34,836 bases of DNA from a virus (IMGVR_UViG_3300016665_000182:1-34836), one strand, 5' to 3'. Positions 7,540-17,427 are shown, numbered from the stretch's first letter. Notes: a model not told the origin generated them from the sequence alone. Numbers and translations: made by a program.

Positions 7540-9645
7540 TTAGCCCAACCGGGCAGCACGGTTTAGGCGTGTATTTCTTTCGGATGCACTACGAACATCG
7601 CTATCTAATACATAAGCGCGGCCAGCAGTTGCATCCCCCACCGCGTTAATACTTGCTGCATCCAGTCGGGTTGTGCTTACTTGTGGCTGTGCCTGCATCG
7701 GTGCCGGGGCGGTGACAGATGGAACGCCGGACGGTACGGATGGCATAGATACCCCGCCCGCGTTCGGTACTTGCACCTGCATAATTCTTTTTACGTTGGC
7801 CATACCGTTGCGGATTGCAGCAGCGGCGGCAATTACGGCCTGTATCTTACCTACAATAGGAATACCCGCCATCGACTTAAATGCAGCGGTAGCGGATTGG
7901 TAAGTGTCGATAGTTGTTTGGGCAATTGCGGTAGCTTTTCCTACGGCTGTTTGCCGTCCCAATAGGCCGGACACTTGCCCCATTACATTCATTACCTGTC
8001 CCAATGTTTGCGCCCGTGATTGTCCTTCAGCCTGATCTAACTGCATCCGCGCCTGTGCGTTTGCCGCTAAAATGGCTGTTCTTTCCTCCTCGCTATACCG
8101 GGTCGATTCCCTTACCGATTGATCGTATTGATCGAGGGTTTGCCGCCGCGCTTCCAAGCTTAGCGATTCGTTGTTAATGATTGTTTGGGCAAAGTTTATT
8201 TGCCGCTGTAGTTCAGCATTGTACCCCTCCTGCAACTTTTGCTGCTCCGCTGCATCGGCTGCCTCTTTACGCGCTTTTTCTTCGGCCTGTATTTTTTCTT
8301 TTTCCGCCTGATACCATTTGTCAAGTTCAAGCGTTGACATACCCGCTGCACTTAATACCGCGTACCGTTGGTTATATTCCTGCTCTAGGTTTCGGAGCGC
8401 AATTTGTGAGGACGAAAGAACACGGCGAAGGTTTTCTTCTTCCAACTGTCTGTTTAGGTTCTCTGCATCTTCGCGCAATTTTTGCCGCTTAGCAAATGAT
8501 TCGGCTGCCAGCCGGTCGATCTCTGCATAGTACTCCTTTTGCCTTTTTATTTCTTCATCTCTCTTTGTTTTGGCGGCATCGGATTCCTGTTTGTCCATGG
8601 CCTGTAATGAAAGCATTAACCCGGCCTGCTGGCTTTCCATTTCCTTAATGCCTTTTGCCATCGCATCTAACGTTGCCTTTTGTTTTTCGCGCGCCTCATC
8701 AGGATCAAATACCATCCCGGCCAAACTTTTGGCAATATCAAACTTAAATTCTTTACCAAAAACAGATGCAACCTTACTAATGCCATCTACTAGCAATTGT
8801 AGCGGCATCGTTGTAAATTTTAAGATGCCTGCTAAAATATCTTTATTCCTTTTTTCCGCCTCTATTTGCCCTTTAAAAGTTTCTTGCTGCTTTAGCATTT
8901 CTTCTTTTCGGGCATTAACTACTGCTGCCGTTTGGGCAATTTTCATTTGTAGGATTTCCTTTTCGCTTTTGCCCTGTAGCTTTAGTTGGTTTTCCTGTAG
9001 TATTAGATCAGCTAGTTTATCCTCTTCGGCTTTCCTGTGCTTAGTGGCAATATCCAAAGCCTTTTGCGCCTCCGGATTGTATCCCGTTACGGCTCCCTTA
9101 ATCTTATCCCAATACGCTACTATTGTTCCCAAAGCAATAACCAACAAGCCGATACCGGTAGCACCGATGGCGGCCTTTAAAGCGTGGAAGGCTTTTAGCA
9201 ATTGGCCGCCAACAATTGCGCCCATCTGCTTTAATCCATCTTTAGCCTCCATCAGGGAGTTAATCCCTTGTGTCATTGCCATAGCGCCTTGCACCTTTAC
9301 AAGGGTCTTTTCTAGGTTTTCACTATCGACCCCGAAAGCGGCCATAGCCCCCGTCAAGGCTGAAAACGCACCTACGGCTCCCTGCACACCCTGTGCTAAG
9401 GCGGCAAACTTTGCATCGGGATTAAGTTTGTCAATTAGGGCCTGTTGATCGCCCATAGCGTCATTTAGTTCCGCTACTTTCCGGGCCGCTGCTATCGCTT
9501 GTGTTGATAGTTCACCGTATGTATCCGCCGCCGCTTTTAGTTCCTGCTTAGCTGCTTTAATCTCGCTTTTCCAGCTCTTAACAGATTGCGTCGCCTGTCC
9601 TGTGTCAAATTGTATTTTCCCGCCTAAAATGATTTCTTCTGCCAT
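7540..9645 (-). CDS. Tape-measure-like or internal virion protein (coiled-coil with hydrophobic segments)
   Basis: 701 aa with long Ala/Gln/Glu/Lys-rich coiled-coil stretches. Hydrophobic segments include GATGIGLLVIALGTIVAYW and AGIPIVGKIQAVIAAAAAI. Confidence 0.5.
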   Translation of the reverse strand: MAEEIILGGKIQFDTGQATQSVKSWKSEIKAAKQELKAAADTYGELSTQAIAAARKVAELNDAMGDQQALIDKLNPDAKFAALAQGVQGAVGAFSALTGAMAAFGVDSENLEKTLVKVQGAMAMTQGINSLMEAKDGLKQMGAIVGGQLLKAFHALKAAIGATGIGLLVIALGTIVAYWDKIKGAVTGYNPEAQKALDIATKHRKAEEDKLADLILQENQLKLQGKSEKEILQMKIAQTAAVVNARKEEMLKQQETFKGQIEAEKRNKDILAGILKFTTMPLQLLVDGISKVASVFGKEFKFDIAKSLAGMVFDPDEAREKQKATLDAMAKGIKEMESQQAGLMLSLQAMDKQESDAAKTKRDEEIKRQKEYYAEIDRLAAESFAKRQKLREDAENLNRQLEEENLRRVLSSSQIALRNLEQEYNQRYAVLSAAGMSTLELDKWYQAEKEKIQAEEKARKEAADAAEQQKLQEGYNAELQRQINFAQTIINNESLSLEARRQTLDQYDQSVRESTRYSEEERTAILAANAQARMQLDQAEGQSRAQTLGQVMNVMGQVSGLLGRQTAVGKATAIAQTTIDTYQSATAAFKSMAGIPIVGKIQAVIAAAAAIRNGMANVKRIMQVQVPNAGGVSMPSVPSGVPSVTAPAPMQAQPQVSTTRLDAASINAVGDATAGRAYVLDSDVRSASERNTRLNRAARLG

Positions 9646-9672
9646 AAAAAAAGCGAAGGGGTTGCCTTCGCT
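9646..9672 (-). terminator. Intrinsic terminator abutting the start codon of the 701-aa gene
   Basis: Minus strand reads AGCGAAGG-CAACC-CCTTCGCT followed by TTTTTTT and then the ATG at 9645. Confidence 0.65.
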
Positions 9673-9701
9673 GTATAGTGTGCGGATTAAGGTAGTTGGC
9701 T

Positions 9702-11777
9702 TTAGTATAGGGTATTTATGACCTTGAGAAGTTCAATTTTGCAAATATCCGGCTCCGTAGCATTGTAGTCCTCAATCTTTTTCAGTCGATAGGCCACACC
9801 GTCCACATACACATACTTGCTGAAATCTAATTCCGAAATATCCCTTTGCGTTAACCGAACATGGCAAGTAAGTAGCTTACTGTCTTTATCCGTTATCTCT
9901 GCCATGTACGGGCTCCAATAGACATTAAATTGATTTACATTCAATACCCCGGCTTGCAGGTTAAAAAACAATTCACGGGGTACGCCGAAATTCAAATCAT
10001 TTGTCGGAATATCGGGATCGTCTAAGTGTCCGGCATACATATAATAGCCGGGGTTTGCAAGGGTCGCGTTATTGTTAAGTACCTGCCAGTTGTTTATTTC
10101 ATCTATATACTTTGTTTGCAAAATTCTAATCTTGCTGTCTATTTGTTCCTCTGTTGTTCCGTTGCGCTTAAAAATAGTGCTATAAACTTTTTCTTGGTTT
10201 GCGTACCCGACCAAAGGAGTGCCGCAAAAGATTAATTTAACTTCCTGCTTTGCCTTTGAAAATTGAAACTCACTATCGAAGATATAGCCGCCGTATGACT
10301 GATTATATCGCTTCCGATATTCTTCGCTGTAAAAGTCATTATCCGTGTCATAGTTAAACTCATAGTAGCGGGCGTTTAGTTCACTCATCGGAGTGTAAAC
10401 CATCGGCCTACTTCGGTCTACTTTATACGTCCAATCAACGGCGTTACTGCTATCCGTTGAATAAAAATCTACGTAGGGCGCAATATGGAATAGTTTGTCG
10501 TTAAATCTATCCTCAACCATGTAAAGATTAAACAGCTTTAAAATGGAAGAAAGAAAATCCAATTGTAAATACCCCGAAGGCACAATATCCCTAATTACAA
10601 TATCGTCCCCGTAATTGATCGGTACTAATTGGTTATAGTCGGACGTTGCCGTAAGGTTCATTTGCAAAATCTTGACAAAGCTATCCGCATTTGGCGGGGA
10701 TTGAAAACCTACTTCAATCCCGATAGTGTCATTTTGAATAATCTCAAAAGGAAGGCTTTCAAAGGTCAATAACGGTATATTTCCGGTTAAATCGGTAGTG
10801 AAAATGATCTGTTGCTTTTCTACCCCATTGTGCATGAGGGATACGTAAATACCAGCGACGCTATCCCACTCAATACCTAACCTAACTTGCACGCGAATAT
10901 CCTGAACACGGGTGCTTATGTATTCATATTCCCCCGTTGCAATAACGGGCGTAAACAAACCAAATCGACCTGTGCCCCGGATATATTCCGGGCCGGGCGT
11001 AAGTATGTCCAAAAAATTAACGGTAGGCAAAACAAGGGCGTTTGTGTCGATCAACACTTCCGTATTAATACCTACTACCTTTTTATTGTTTGGAATAATT
11101 AACCGTTTAAACCTTTCCGTTTCAAAAAGGTCGCAATTAAAAGAGTAGCCAGCATCGCGAAAAATTCGCCGGATATAGTCATAAACATAAAGGGCCGGTT
11201 TGAATGTCGGTTTAAATTGCCAGTCATGTTTATTAACCGAACCGGTGCCGTAATCAATTAAAGGATATAACACGCCCGTACCCGGTGCCGTCTGCCAGTC
11301 CGTCCAAGATTGGTCAACACTTGCCCATGTCCACGGTTTCAGATAGTTATCCGTTTCCCAGCTCCAGTCCAACTCATTTAGCTTCTTTGCGCCTACTATA
11401 TTGACAAAGCCTGACAACTCACCAAACAAAGCTACTTCATATTCATAGCGTCCGTTATCTTCAATAACGCGAAGCAACCGAAGCACACCCTTAAGCACTT
11501 GCATCCCATCAGCAAAGACAATACAGTCCGCACCCTTTGCCGCGTTGTAATTGGCTCCGAAATTTGAAACTAAATCGCTATAATTATTAGCCGATGATGG
11601 CATAAACGCCGTGCCAAACGCTTTATTATTGCGGGCTGTGCCGGGTAAAATAAGGGTCTTGCTGAAAGACGTTGACCGCTCCCCCGGCTCACGAATATCG
11701 TCGACGGCATAAGTGATCAACGTGCTAAAACCCTTATCAACGTCAAGGGGTTGCCCCTCCATGTATAGTTCAATCAT
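9702..11777 (-). CDS. Large tail/baseplate-like structural protein, 691 aa
   Basis: Long ORF coupled by ATGA to the upstream gene. Function assigned only from size and context. Confidence 0.6.
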   Translation of the reverse strand: MIELYMEGQPLDVDKGFSTLITYAVDDIREPGERSTSFSKTLILPGTARNNKAFGTAFMPSSANNYSDLVSNFGANYNAAKGADCIVFADGMQVLKGVLRLLRVIEDNGRYEYEVALFGELSGFVNIVGAKKLNELDWSWETDNYLKPWTWASVDQSWTDWQTAPGTGVLYPLIDYGTGSVNKHDWQFKPTFKPALYVYDYIRRIFRDAGYSFNCDLFETERFKRLIIPNNKKVVGINTEVLIDTNALVLPTVNFLDILTPGPEYIRGTGRFGLFTPVIATGEYEYISTRVQDIRVQVRLGIEWDSVAGIYVSLMHNGVEKQQIIFTTDLTGNIPLLTFESLPFEIIQNDTIGIEVGFQSPPNADSFVKILQMNLTATSDYNQLVPINYGDDIVIRDIVPSGYLQLDFLSSILKLFNLYMVEDRFNDKLFHIAPYVDFYSTDSSNAVDWTYKVDRSRPMVYTPMSELNARYYEFNYDTDNDFYSEEYRKRYNQSYGGYIFDSEFQFSKAKQEVKLIFCGTPLVGYANQEKVYSTIFKRNGTTEEQIDSKIRILQTKYIDEINNWQVLNNNATLANPGYYMYAGHLDDPDIPTNDLNFGVPRELFFNLQAGVLNVNQFNVYWSPYMAEITDKDSKLLTCHVRLTQRDISELDFSKYVYVDGVAYRLKKIEDYNATEPDICKIELLKVINTLY

Positions 11778-12955
11778 CGGTACTGTGCATTTAGGGTAAT
11801 TCCGAAATCAAGGTCGAGGGACAGCGAAGTAAAGCGGTCGTTTACATATTTGCGCTCCTCATAGTTGGTATTCGTAATCGTCACGGGGTACATGTAGCCA
11901 TCTTTTTCCAAATACACTTCCGGGCTAACTAACAGTTGCCGTAACCAAACATACTCCGCATCCGTCAATAGGTCGGTAGTTACCCGCAACTTTTCCCGGT
12001 AGTTTGTGGCATAGGTAGGCTGTGGATTATTTACTACATTGTTTTCAGAATAAACTAAGGACGTTACCCCCATTTTATTAACGACTTCGTAATTCTTTTG
12101 GCTGTATGTTTTGCGGGTAATATCTTCCGTTTTTCGCGAAAGTTTTCTGAAAGGCACCGTTTCATAGCCGCCGTATTGATTTAGAAAATGGATCACATAC
12201 GGGGTGTGTATTTTCTCACACACTAGCTCAAAGTAATATAATACCCCGTTATTATTAAACTCCAATGAATAGCCCCAATGTGTTGCAGGGTCGATATTTA
12301 CACCCGGCGCCGTTGCATTAACTATCGAAGGGCAACAATTAAATATAACCATTTCAGGCGTACCTAAGGCCCCTCCGATCTGTTGCGTATCGGCTACGGT
12401 CATATTCTTATTGTATATCTTTAATTCAATATCCGTATCTACTAGATCAAAGTTGAAAAATGGGATAAAGAAACGCGGGTCCTCAAACCTAACCTTAGAT
12501 AAAGTAGGTCTATTTGATGCCACCTTATTTCGGTATGCGTTAATTACGGGCGTGCCGTTTACTGGTTGCTCCGTGTAGGTGTTGTGGTAAAATACCTCAT
12601 TTGTCGTAATATCGGGATAGACAGTGTATCCGTACTCTTCGCCACATTTTACCGTTAACGTCAACCTAAATGCACCGTCACTAATGTTCATAGCCTGAAA
12701 GTCATTCAGCGGCAAAAGTTGGCAGCTAATGTAGTTTCGAATGACCGGGCTAATATCGAATATCCCTAGCTTATCCGTAGGCCGTGGAACCGTTTTCAGC
12801 CGTTGCACTAAATTCCCGTCGATATAAATATCGAGCACATATTTAAAGTTGGGATACGTTAAAGGCGTGTCCGCCTTGCTGCTATCTATTGCCCAAATGA
12901 TAGGGTTATGTATAGATGACCCTGAATTTGTTAACCTATATACGTCAAAGCTCAT
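11774..12955 (-). CDS. Tail/baseplate-like structural protein, 393 aa
   Basis: Long ORF with ATGA overlaps at both ends. No motif recognised. Confidence 0.6.
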   Translation of the reverse strand: MSFDVYRLTNSGSSIHNPIIWAIDSSKADTPLTYPNFKYVLDIYIDGNLVQRLKTVPRPTDKLGIFDISPVIRNYISCQLLPLNDFQAMNISDGAFRLTLTVKCGEEYGYTVYPDITTNEVFYHNTYTEQPVNGTPVINAYRNKVASNRPTLSKVRFEDPRFFIPFFNFDLVDTDIELKIYNKNMTVADTQQIGGALGTPEMVIFNCCPSIVNATAPGVNIDPATHWGYSLEFNNNGVLYYFELVCEKIHTPYVIHFLNQYGGYETVPFRKLSRKTEDITRKTYSQKNYEVVNKMGVTSLVYSENNVVNNPQPTYATNYREKLRVTTDLLTDAEYVWLRQLLVSPEVYLEKDGYMYPVTITNTNYEERKYVNDRFTSLSLDLDFGITLNAQYR

Positions 12956-13599
12956 TTCGTTACAATTTCAATGATATTAGTTTTTAATGCCTTCCCTAGT
13001 TCCTGCCGTATTCGTTTGCGCATTTCGTCAGCTGTATTTGTCCAAAAGTAGGATGGCGAAGTACCTACCTGCTTTATCTTATTTGCCATAGCATAGGCCG
13101 CCGAAGTTGTAGCGTCCCGCATGGATGCCCGCCGCTGATCTCTTAGCGAAGCCTGTCGGGAACTGTTTTCACGCGCCCTACCTTTCAGGCCCTCCCTTAG
13201 CATCCAATCCCGAATAGCCAGCATCATTTTTTGTCCGGCCGGGGTGCGCTTAAATTGATACGGTGAGTTTGGTGCCTTGTTCGCCTCCTTCCATCCTTTC
13301 ACACCTTTGTCAACGAATTGATAGTAGCTATTTAATTTGATCTCTACCAAATACGTTTTCCCAAATACTTGCACCTTTGAGGCAACAATCGAATCTGAAA
13401 GATTGCCCGTCGATACCCGTTGTGACGCGTCTAAGTTTGTTCGCGCCAATTCTATCCACTCGAATGCTAAACGCGCTAAAGCATCTTCGACGGAAGAAAG
13501 GCTTATTACCTCGCTCATTCCGGCGCGGTCATTCCCTACTAGATCGAGAAAACCACTAGTAACGGCCTCTGTTGCCCCCTGTGATATGCTTCTTCGCAT
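12952..13599 (-). CDS. Hypothetical structural protein, 215 aa (possible HK97 gp10-like element)
   Basis: ATG at 13599 overlaps the upstream gene by 44 nt; an alternative ATG lies at 13518. YYQFVDKGVKG loosely resembles the gp10-family Y..VE.GT motif. Confidence 0.5.
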   Translation of the reverse strand: MRRSISQGATEAVTSGFLDLVGNDRAGMSEVISLSSVEDALARLAFEWIELARTNLDASQRVSTGNLSDSIVASKVQVFGKTYLVEIKLNSYYQFVDKGVKGWKEANKAPNSPYQFKRTPAGQKMMLAIRDWMLREGLKGRARENSSRQASLRDQRRASMRDATTSAAYAMANKIKQVGTSPSYFWTNTADEMRKRIRQELGKALKTNIIEIVTK

Positions 13600-14347
13600 C
13601 TGCTGCTAACTTTTCGTTTTTCGCCTTAATAAAATCCAAATAGCTAAACGCCTGAGCCGTTGACATATCCCAAACATCTTCAGGGTCGATACCTCTTTCC
13701 TCCGCAATTAGCTTTGCATTGTACTGCCATCCATATCGGTCATGGAAAGGGTCGATATTTTCCAGCATCTCTTTAGCTTCTTCTTCGGTTTCAGGCAAGT
13801 AAAGCAGCCCTTTCCACCGGGCATGAAAGCGGGCAATTGATACCATGAACGATACCACATAGACATAAAGTTTGAGAAACGGCGCATCCAGCAGCATATT
13901 AGCCCGCCTTTCATGTTCCCGGCCCCAATCTTCACCGGATGGGTTAGGGCGCAGTCTAAACCAATCAAAAGGCTGTAAAATCGAAGCTCCCAATAAGTGC
14001 AAGCGTTCAATAGGAACGGACCCTATTTCGTCGGATTTTAGAAAGGTCATAGCTTCGCAATACTGTCCGAAGCGCATCCGGCCAATGTCGAAAATTGGAA
14101 TAAATCGACGGCCTTTTACCTTTAAACTTGCCCGCGGTTCCACTTTTGGGATCGAAAGCATAAAGGGGTACACTTTCGCTGCCAGCTTACTAAATTTTTT
14201 AGTGGGCATGTTATCGACCTGCGAAAGGGTCTTATTGTGCAAAAGGGCCACTAAAGACACGAGTTTATCAACTTCGTCCTCTGGCCCCTGCAAAATAGCA
14301 GATATGTGCTGATATTGCCTTACTGTTAATGTCCGCCAATTGAGCAT
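13556..14347 (-). CDS. Hypothetical protein, 263 aa
   Basis: ORF with an ATG start, between terminase and the tail-like genes. Confidence 0.55.
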   Translation of the reverse strand: MLNWRTLTVRQYQHISAILQGPEDEVDKLVSLVALLHNKTLSQVDNMPTKKFSKLAAKVYPFMLSIPKVEPRASLKVKGRRFIPIFDIGRMRFGQYCEAMTFLKSDEIGSVPIERLHLLGASILQPFDWFRLRPNPSGEDWGREHERRANMLLDAPFLKLYVYVVSFMVSIARFHARWKGLLYLPETEEEAKEMLENIDPFHDRYGWQYNAKLIAEERGIDPEDVWDMSTAQAFSYLDFIKAKNEKLAADAKKHITGGNRGRY

Positions 14348-14380
14348 AAATTATAGTGTGCTCTTTGGCGGGTTTGGTTT

Positions 14381-14608
14381 TTATTGCACCCCAATTCCAA
14401 AGGCGCGGCTTTCGTCCGTAGCGGCTATAAGGGTTTCAATCGTTGCTGGAAGTTTCGGAATGCTTGAAAACTCATTAACGTGAAAAAAGTATGTGTGCCA
14501 TGAATTAGAGCTGTAAAAGGTAAGGCACAGCCCATCGACTGACATTAGCCACCACTCGCCGCCCCTAGGCAATAGCTTAGCCACATCCGATAAGCTCAAG
14601 TCATTCAC
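14381..14608 (-). CDS. Hypothetical small protein (GTG start)
   Basis: 75-aa ORF. The only in-frame start at its 5' end is a GTG overlapping the TerL stop. Confidence 0.35.
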   Translation of the reverse strand: MNDLSLSDVAKLLPRGGEWWLMSVDGLCLTFYSSNSWHTYFFHVNEFSSIPKLPATIETLIAATDESRAFGIGVQ

Positions 14609-15780
14609 TAGATATAACTATAAGTGCCGGTGTATTTTCCCACTTTTCGGAAAAGATCGTAAGCCATTGCCAAAGCACACACGCAATCATCATGCAGCCC
14701 CGGCGGAGCGGTGTACCTTACCCCGGTGCGGGTATATTCATATTCAAAATTCTCCAGTTCGGTTACAATCGGCCCCGCCGGGAATGTCACCTCCCTTTTT
14801 TGAATCGCAACAGCCAGCCCCTCCATTATCTGTTGCTTGCTTTGTGACGTGAACTTAAACAGTTCCACCGGGCGTTGGCGGGCAATATCTTCCCCAATCG
14901 GGTCACCTACACCAGTCGAATCAATCGCAATAGAAACAGCGGGCAAATCCAATATCTTACGGGTAGTGCTTCGCCAATCCATCTGGAAGCGATCAAAGTG
15001 GCACACGGAACCGTTTTTATCCAGCCCAATAATTACGGTAAAGTCAAAGGACTTCGCTAAGTCCACACCGTAACAAACGGCGGGAAGATTGGAAAGCGGA
15101 TAGGTGCACTGTTGGATATAGGCGTGCCCGAACGGGTTTGCTACGTTGTCGTTGAACTCTGCTAGATATTCCTGACTAAACGCCAATTCGGGTAAGTCAT
15201 GCCGCGCATCTTCAATCTCCTCCGGATCAATGTACGGGTTAGTGCTTGTGGGCATCTGCCATGCAGCCCAGCGCGCATCGTCGTTCGCCTTGTTGAAAAA
15301 GCGGAAAAAGTCATTCTTCCCCTTTGGGGTGGACATAAACCAGCCGTCCCCCTTTAAATCGGTTAGGGTCGGACGGATAGCCTCATTCCAACGCTTTAAT
15401 AGGTCTTTGGTAAATGCAGCCTCATCGACTATTACCCGCTTGTATTTCCGGGAACGTCCGGCCAGTTCATTTTCCAGCGTCCAAAATTCTATCCGTCCCC
15501 CGGTTATTAGTTCTATAAACTGATGCTCATTCTTACGGGCAATTAGCGGACTTAATGCCGTTACACATTCGGTATAGGTGCCGTCCAGTAGTTTGTAAGT
15601 AGGGGTAAAATATCCCGCCGGGTGCCCACCTAGGGCCATCTCTGCCAGCAGGTTAACGGCTAGGGCGGACTTACCGAAGCGGCGACCACAACACAACACA
15701 TTGAAGCGGCGTGCCTCATTTAGCACCCGCTCCTGCCCCGCATGGGGTCTGTTAAGTGTTATGTTAATTTCCCTGCTCAA
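14608..15780 (-). CDS. terL: Terminase large subunit
   Basis: Walker-A-like CCGRRFGKS, Walker B VIVDEAAF, and a C-terminal nuclease-like half (GVDLAKS...DFTV, DSTGVGD). TTG start overlapping the TerS stop (TTGA). Confidence 0.85.
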   Translation of the reverse strand: MSREINITLNRPHAGQERVLNEARRFNVLCCGRRFGKSALAVNLLAEMALGGHPAGYFTPTYKLLDGTYTECVTALSPLIARKNEHQFIELITGGRIEFWTLENELAGRSRKYKRVIVDEAAFTKDLLKRWNEAIRPTLTDLKGDGWFMSTPKGKNDFFRFFNKANDDARWAAWQMPTSTNPYIDPEEIEDARHDLPELAFSQEYLAEFNDNVANPFGHAYIQQCTYPLSNLPAVCYGVDLAKSFDFTVIIGLDKNGSVCHFDRFQMDWRSTTRKILDLPAVSIAIDSTGVGDPIGEDIARQRPVELFKFTSQSKQQIMEGLAVAIQKREVTFPAGPIVTELENFEYEYTRTGVRYTAPPGLHDDCVCALAMAYDLFRKVGKYTGTYSYI

Positions 15781-16220
15781 TCCTCTGTCGGCTTCGGTTT
15801 GTCTGAATAGCTTACCACAACCTTAACCTCTCTGCTTCCAGTTTCTTCAGTCTGCTCTTTCAGGTTGTTTAATCGTTGCGTAATTGATGGATTGTAAATG
15901 CCAGCCATGCCGCCTTCGATCTGATCTTCCCTAATCTTACGGCGTATTGTGCGGGAGATATCGGAAAATTCGCTATATTTCCCGTTTCGGTTGCTGAAAT
16001 AATCCCATAAGTAGCTAGTAATTCCAGCGTCAAAAACATAGTTTTCAAAGCCTTCAATAGTTAGCGGACGTTCTTTTAGCCGGTAAACTTCCTGTCCATC
16101 TTTACCTACAAAGTCATGCACTTTGATCGGGTTAGCCTTTACCCACTCCCTATATTTAGTAAAAAGCTCCCACATGATAGCGGGGCTTTCTATGTTCCGG
16201 GGTCTTCCTTTCTTTGCCAT
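15777..16220 (-). CDS. terS: Terminase small subunit
   Basis: The N-terminal KKGRPRNIESP..MWELFTKYREWVKANP and the C-terminal EDQIEGGMAGIYNPSI are typical of small terminase/gp3-type packaging proteins. Lies directly upstream of terL. Confidence 0.7.
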   Translation of the reverse strand: MAKKGRPRNIESPAIMWELFTKYREWVKANPIKVHDFVGKDGQEVYRLKERPLTIEGFENYVFDAGITSYLWDYFSNRNGKYSEFSDISRTIRRKIREDQIEGGMAGIYNPSITQRLNNLKEQTEETGSREVKVVVSYSDKPKPTED

Positions 16221-16256
16221 AGGTTACGTTTCTTCGTCCGGGTTTAATGCGCTCCG

Positions 16257-16288
16257 CAAAATTAATGCGGCTGCAAATAGTGCCGAAA
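16257..16288 (-). promoter_or_regulatory. Candidate Bacteroidota-type promoter for the packaging/late operon
   Basis: On the minus strand, TAATTTTG (fits TAnnTTTG) lies about 37 nt upstream of the terS ATG, with TTTC 20 nt further upstream. Two direct CGCATTAA copies and a CCGCA/TGCGG hairpin overlap it. Confidence 0.3.
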
Positions 16289-16300
16289 TACTACATATAA

Positions 16301-16633
16301 TTAGTTCTGCCATTGTTTCGGTTTCCGTCCGCGCTTAGGTTTATTTTCGGGCTCTGTTAACGGTTCTTCGGTTGGTTCGATAGCGTCTAAACAGTCCGGG
16401 AACGGTAGTTCTTTCAAATTGTCAATGTGGTTAAACAAAGGCAAAAGCAGGTCATCTATAAAACAGACCGGGCAAAATAAATCTACTGCAATTCGTCTAT
16501 CTATTTCCTCCCGGTAGATGCTTTCGAGTTGCCGCCGATCTTCAATAGATATGTGTGGGATAGTTTGAATTGCGCGATACTCTTCGACCTTTTGGCGAAA
16601 CCGTTCGCAAAATGCAAGGTTTTCGGGTTTCAT
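16301..16633 (-). CDS. Hypothetical protein, 110 aa
   Basis: The ATG at 16633 forms an ATGA overlap with the upstream stop. The longer tracked ORF (start 16765) would overlap the membrane-protein gene. Confidence 0.5.
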   Translation of the reverse strand: MKPENLAFCERFRQKVEEYRAIQTIPHISIEDRRQLESIYREEIDRRIAVDLFCPVCFIDDLLLPLFNHIDNLKELPFPDCLDAIEPTEEPLTEPENKPKRGRKPKQWQN

Positions 16634-16866
16634 TTTAGTAGTTTTTCGTTTAACAGAATGCCGGTTATCATACCGCCTGCCATGATATACGGGATATAAA
16701 TAAGGGGCAAGCCTGTAAAAATGGTTAGCGGTATGGTTAACCACCCAGAAAGACACGGGACGCACCCAAACGGCTTTTTAGGCAGGTTTAGCCGGTAATG
16801 CCATTGTAAGACATTTACAAGGGCAAAAGATAGGCAGGCGGATAATATCGGTATGGCTAGTGTCAT
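16630..16866 (-). CDS. Small membrane protein (about 3 TM segments)
   Basis: 78 aa with hydrophobic stretches IPILSACLSFALV, LSGWLTIPLTIFTGLPLIYIPYI and GGMITGILL. ATGA overlap with the sigma-like gene. Confidence 0.55.
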   Translation of the reverse strand: MTLAIPILSACLSFALVNVLQWHYRLNLPKKPFGCVPCLSGWLTIPLTIFTGLPLIYIPYIMAGGMITGILLNEKLLK

Positions 16867-17396
16867 TCGTTCGGCGATATTCGCATCATTTTTTTTATTA
16901 GTTCCCGGCCCTTATTTAGGCCATCTTGAACCGTTGACCGTGGAAGGCCAATTTGGCGGGCTAGTTCCCGGTCGCTTTTGCACTCTGATCTGAGTTTCAA
17001 AAGTTCTGCATAGTACCAGTACAAAGCTTCCACACGTTCGCTGCAATCCATTGCCGCTAATTCGTAGGCTTCATCCGAAGTGAATGCGTAAGGCGTTCGG
17101 CCCCGGCTTAGCAGTTCGTCCGTTGAGTCGATGCCACTTTGTAGGCCATAGTGCTTATGGAAGGCGTGCTTCGGGTTGTATCTGATGTTAAATACCATAC
17201 GGGCCACATAGTGCCTTAAACTGCCTCTTTCATGAAGGTCTGCCAGCCATCCGGGGGACTTTCTTTCCCGGTTCAATAACTCCTCAAAAACGTACTGCTT
17301 CGCGTCCTCCCGGATTGATGGCGGCAAATACTCCATCAGTTCGCACACTTCGCGCGAACAATATAGGTCAGTAATTATTTTTTCAAAGGTTAGCAA
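16863..17396 (-). CDS. Sigma-70/ECF-like transcription factor (putative)
   Basis: C-terminal region-4-like HTH: SDRELARQIGLPRSTVQDGLNKGRELIKK. The middle segment LRHYVARMVFNIRYNPKHAF is region-2-like. The start is TTG at 17396 or ATG at 17336. Confidence 0.5.
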   Translation of the reverse strand: MLTFEKIITDLYCSREVCELMEYLPPSIREDAKQYVFEELLNRERKSPGWLADLHERGSLRHYVARMVFNIRYNPKHAFHKHYGLQSGIDSTDELLSRGRTPYAFTSDEAYELAAMDCSERVEALYWYYAELLKLRSECKSDRELARQIGLPRSTVQDGLNKGRELIKKMMRISPNE

Positions 17397-17427
17397 CGGT
17401 CGCGGCGTTGCGTAAAAATAAAACTAC

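Noticed and set aside
8570-9448. A 292-aa plus-strand ORF, along with the other plus-strand ORFs in the track (e.g. 848..1117, 4439..4888, 5160..5564, 13872..14312, 23859..24269).
   Set aside because: All lie antisense within strong minus-strand genes. Their products are low-complexity (Ser/Cys/Ala/Phe-rich), have no motifs and no plausible start context. They are an expected by-product of biased codon usage on the opposite strand.
16634-16765. N-terminal extensions in the ORF track produced by TTG/GTG or upstream starts (e.g. 16765, 23714, 29993, 19286, 1411, 33369).
   Set aside because: Each would overlap the preceding gene by tens of nucleotides. In every case an internal ATG gives a 4-nt stop-start overlap or a short spacer, consistent with the rest of the genome.
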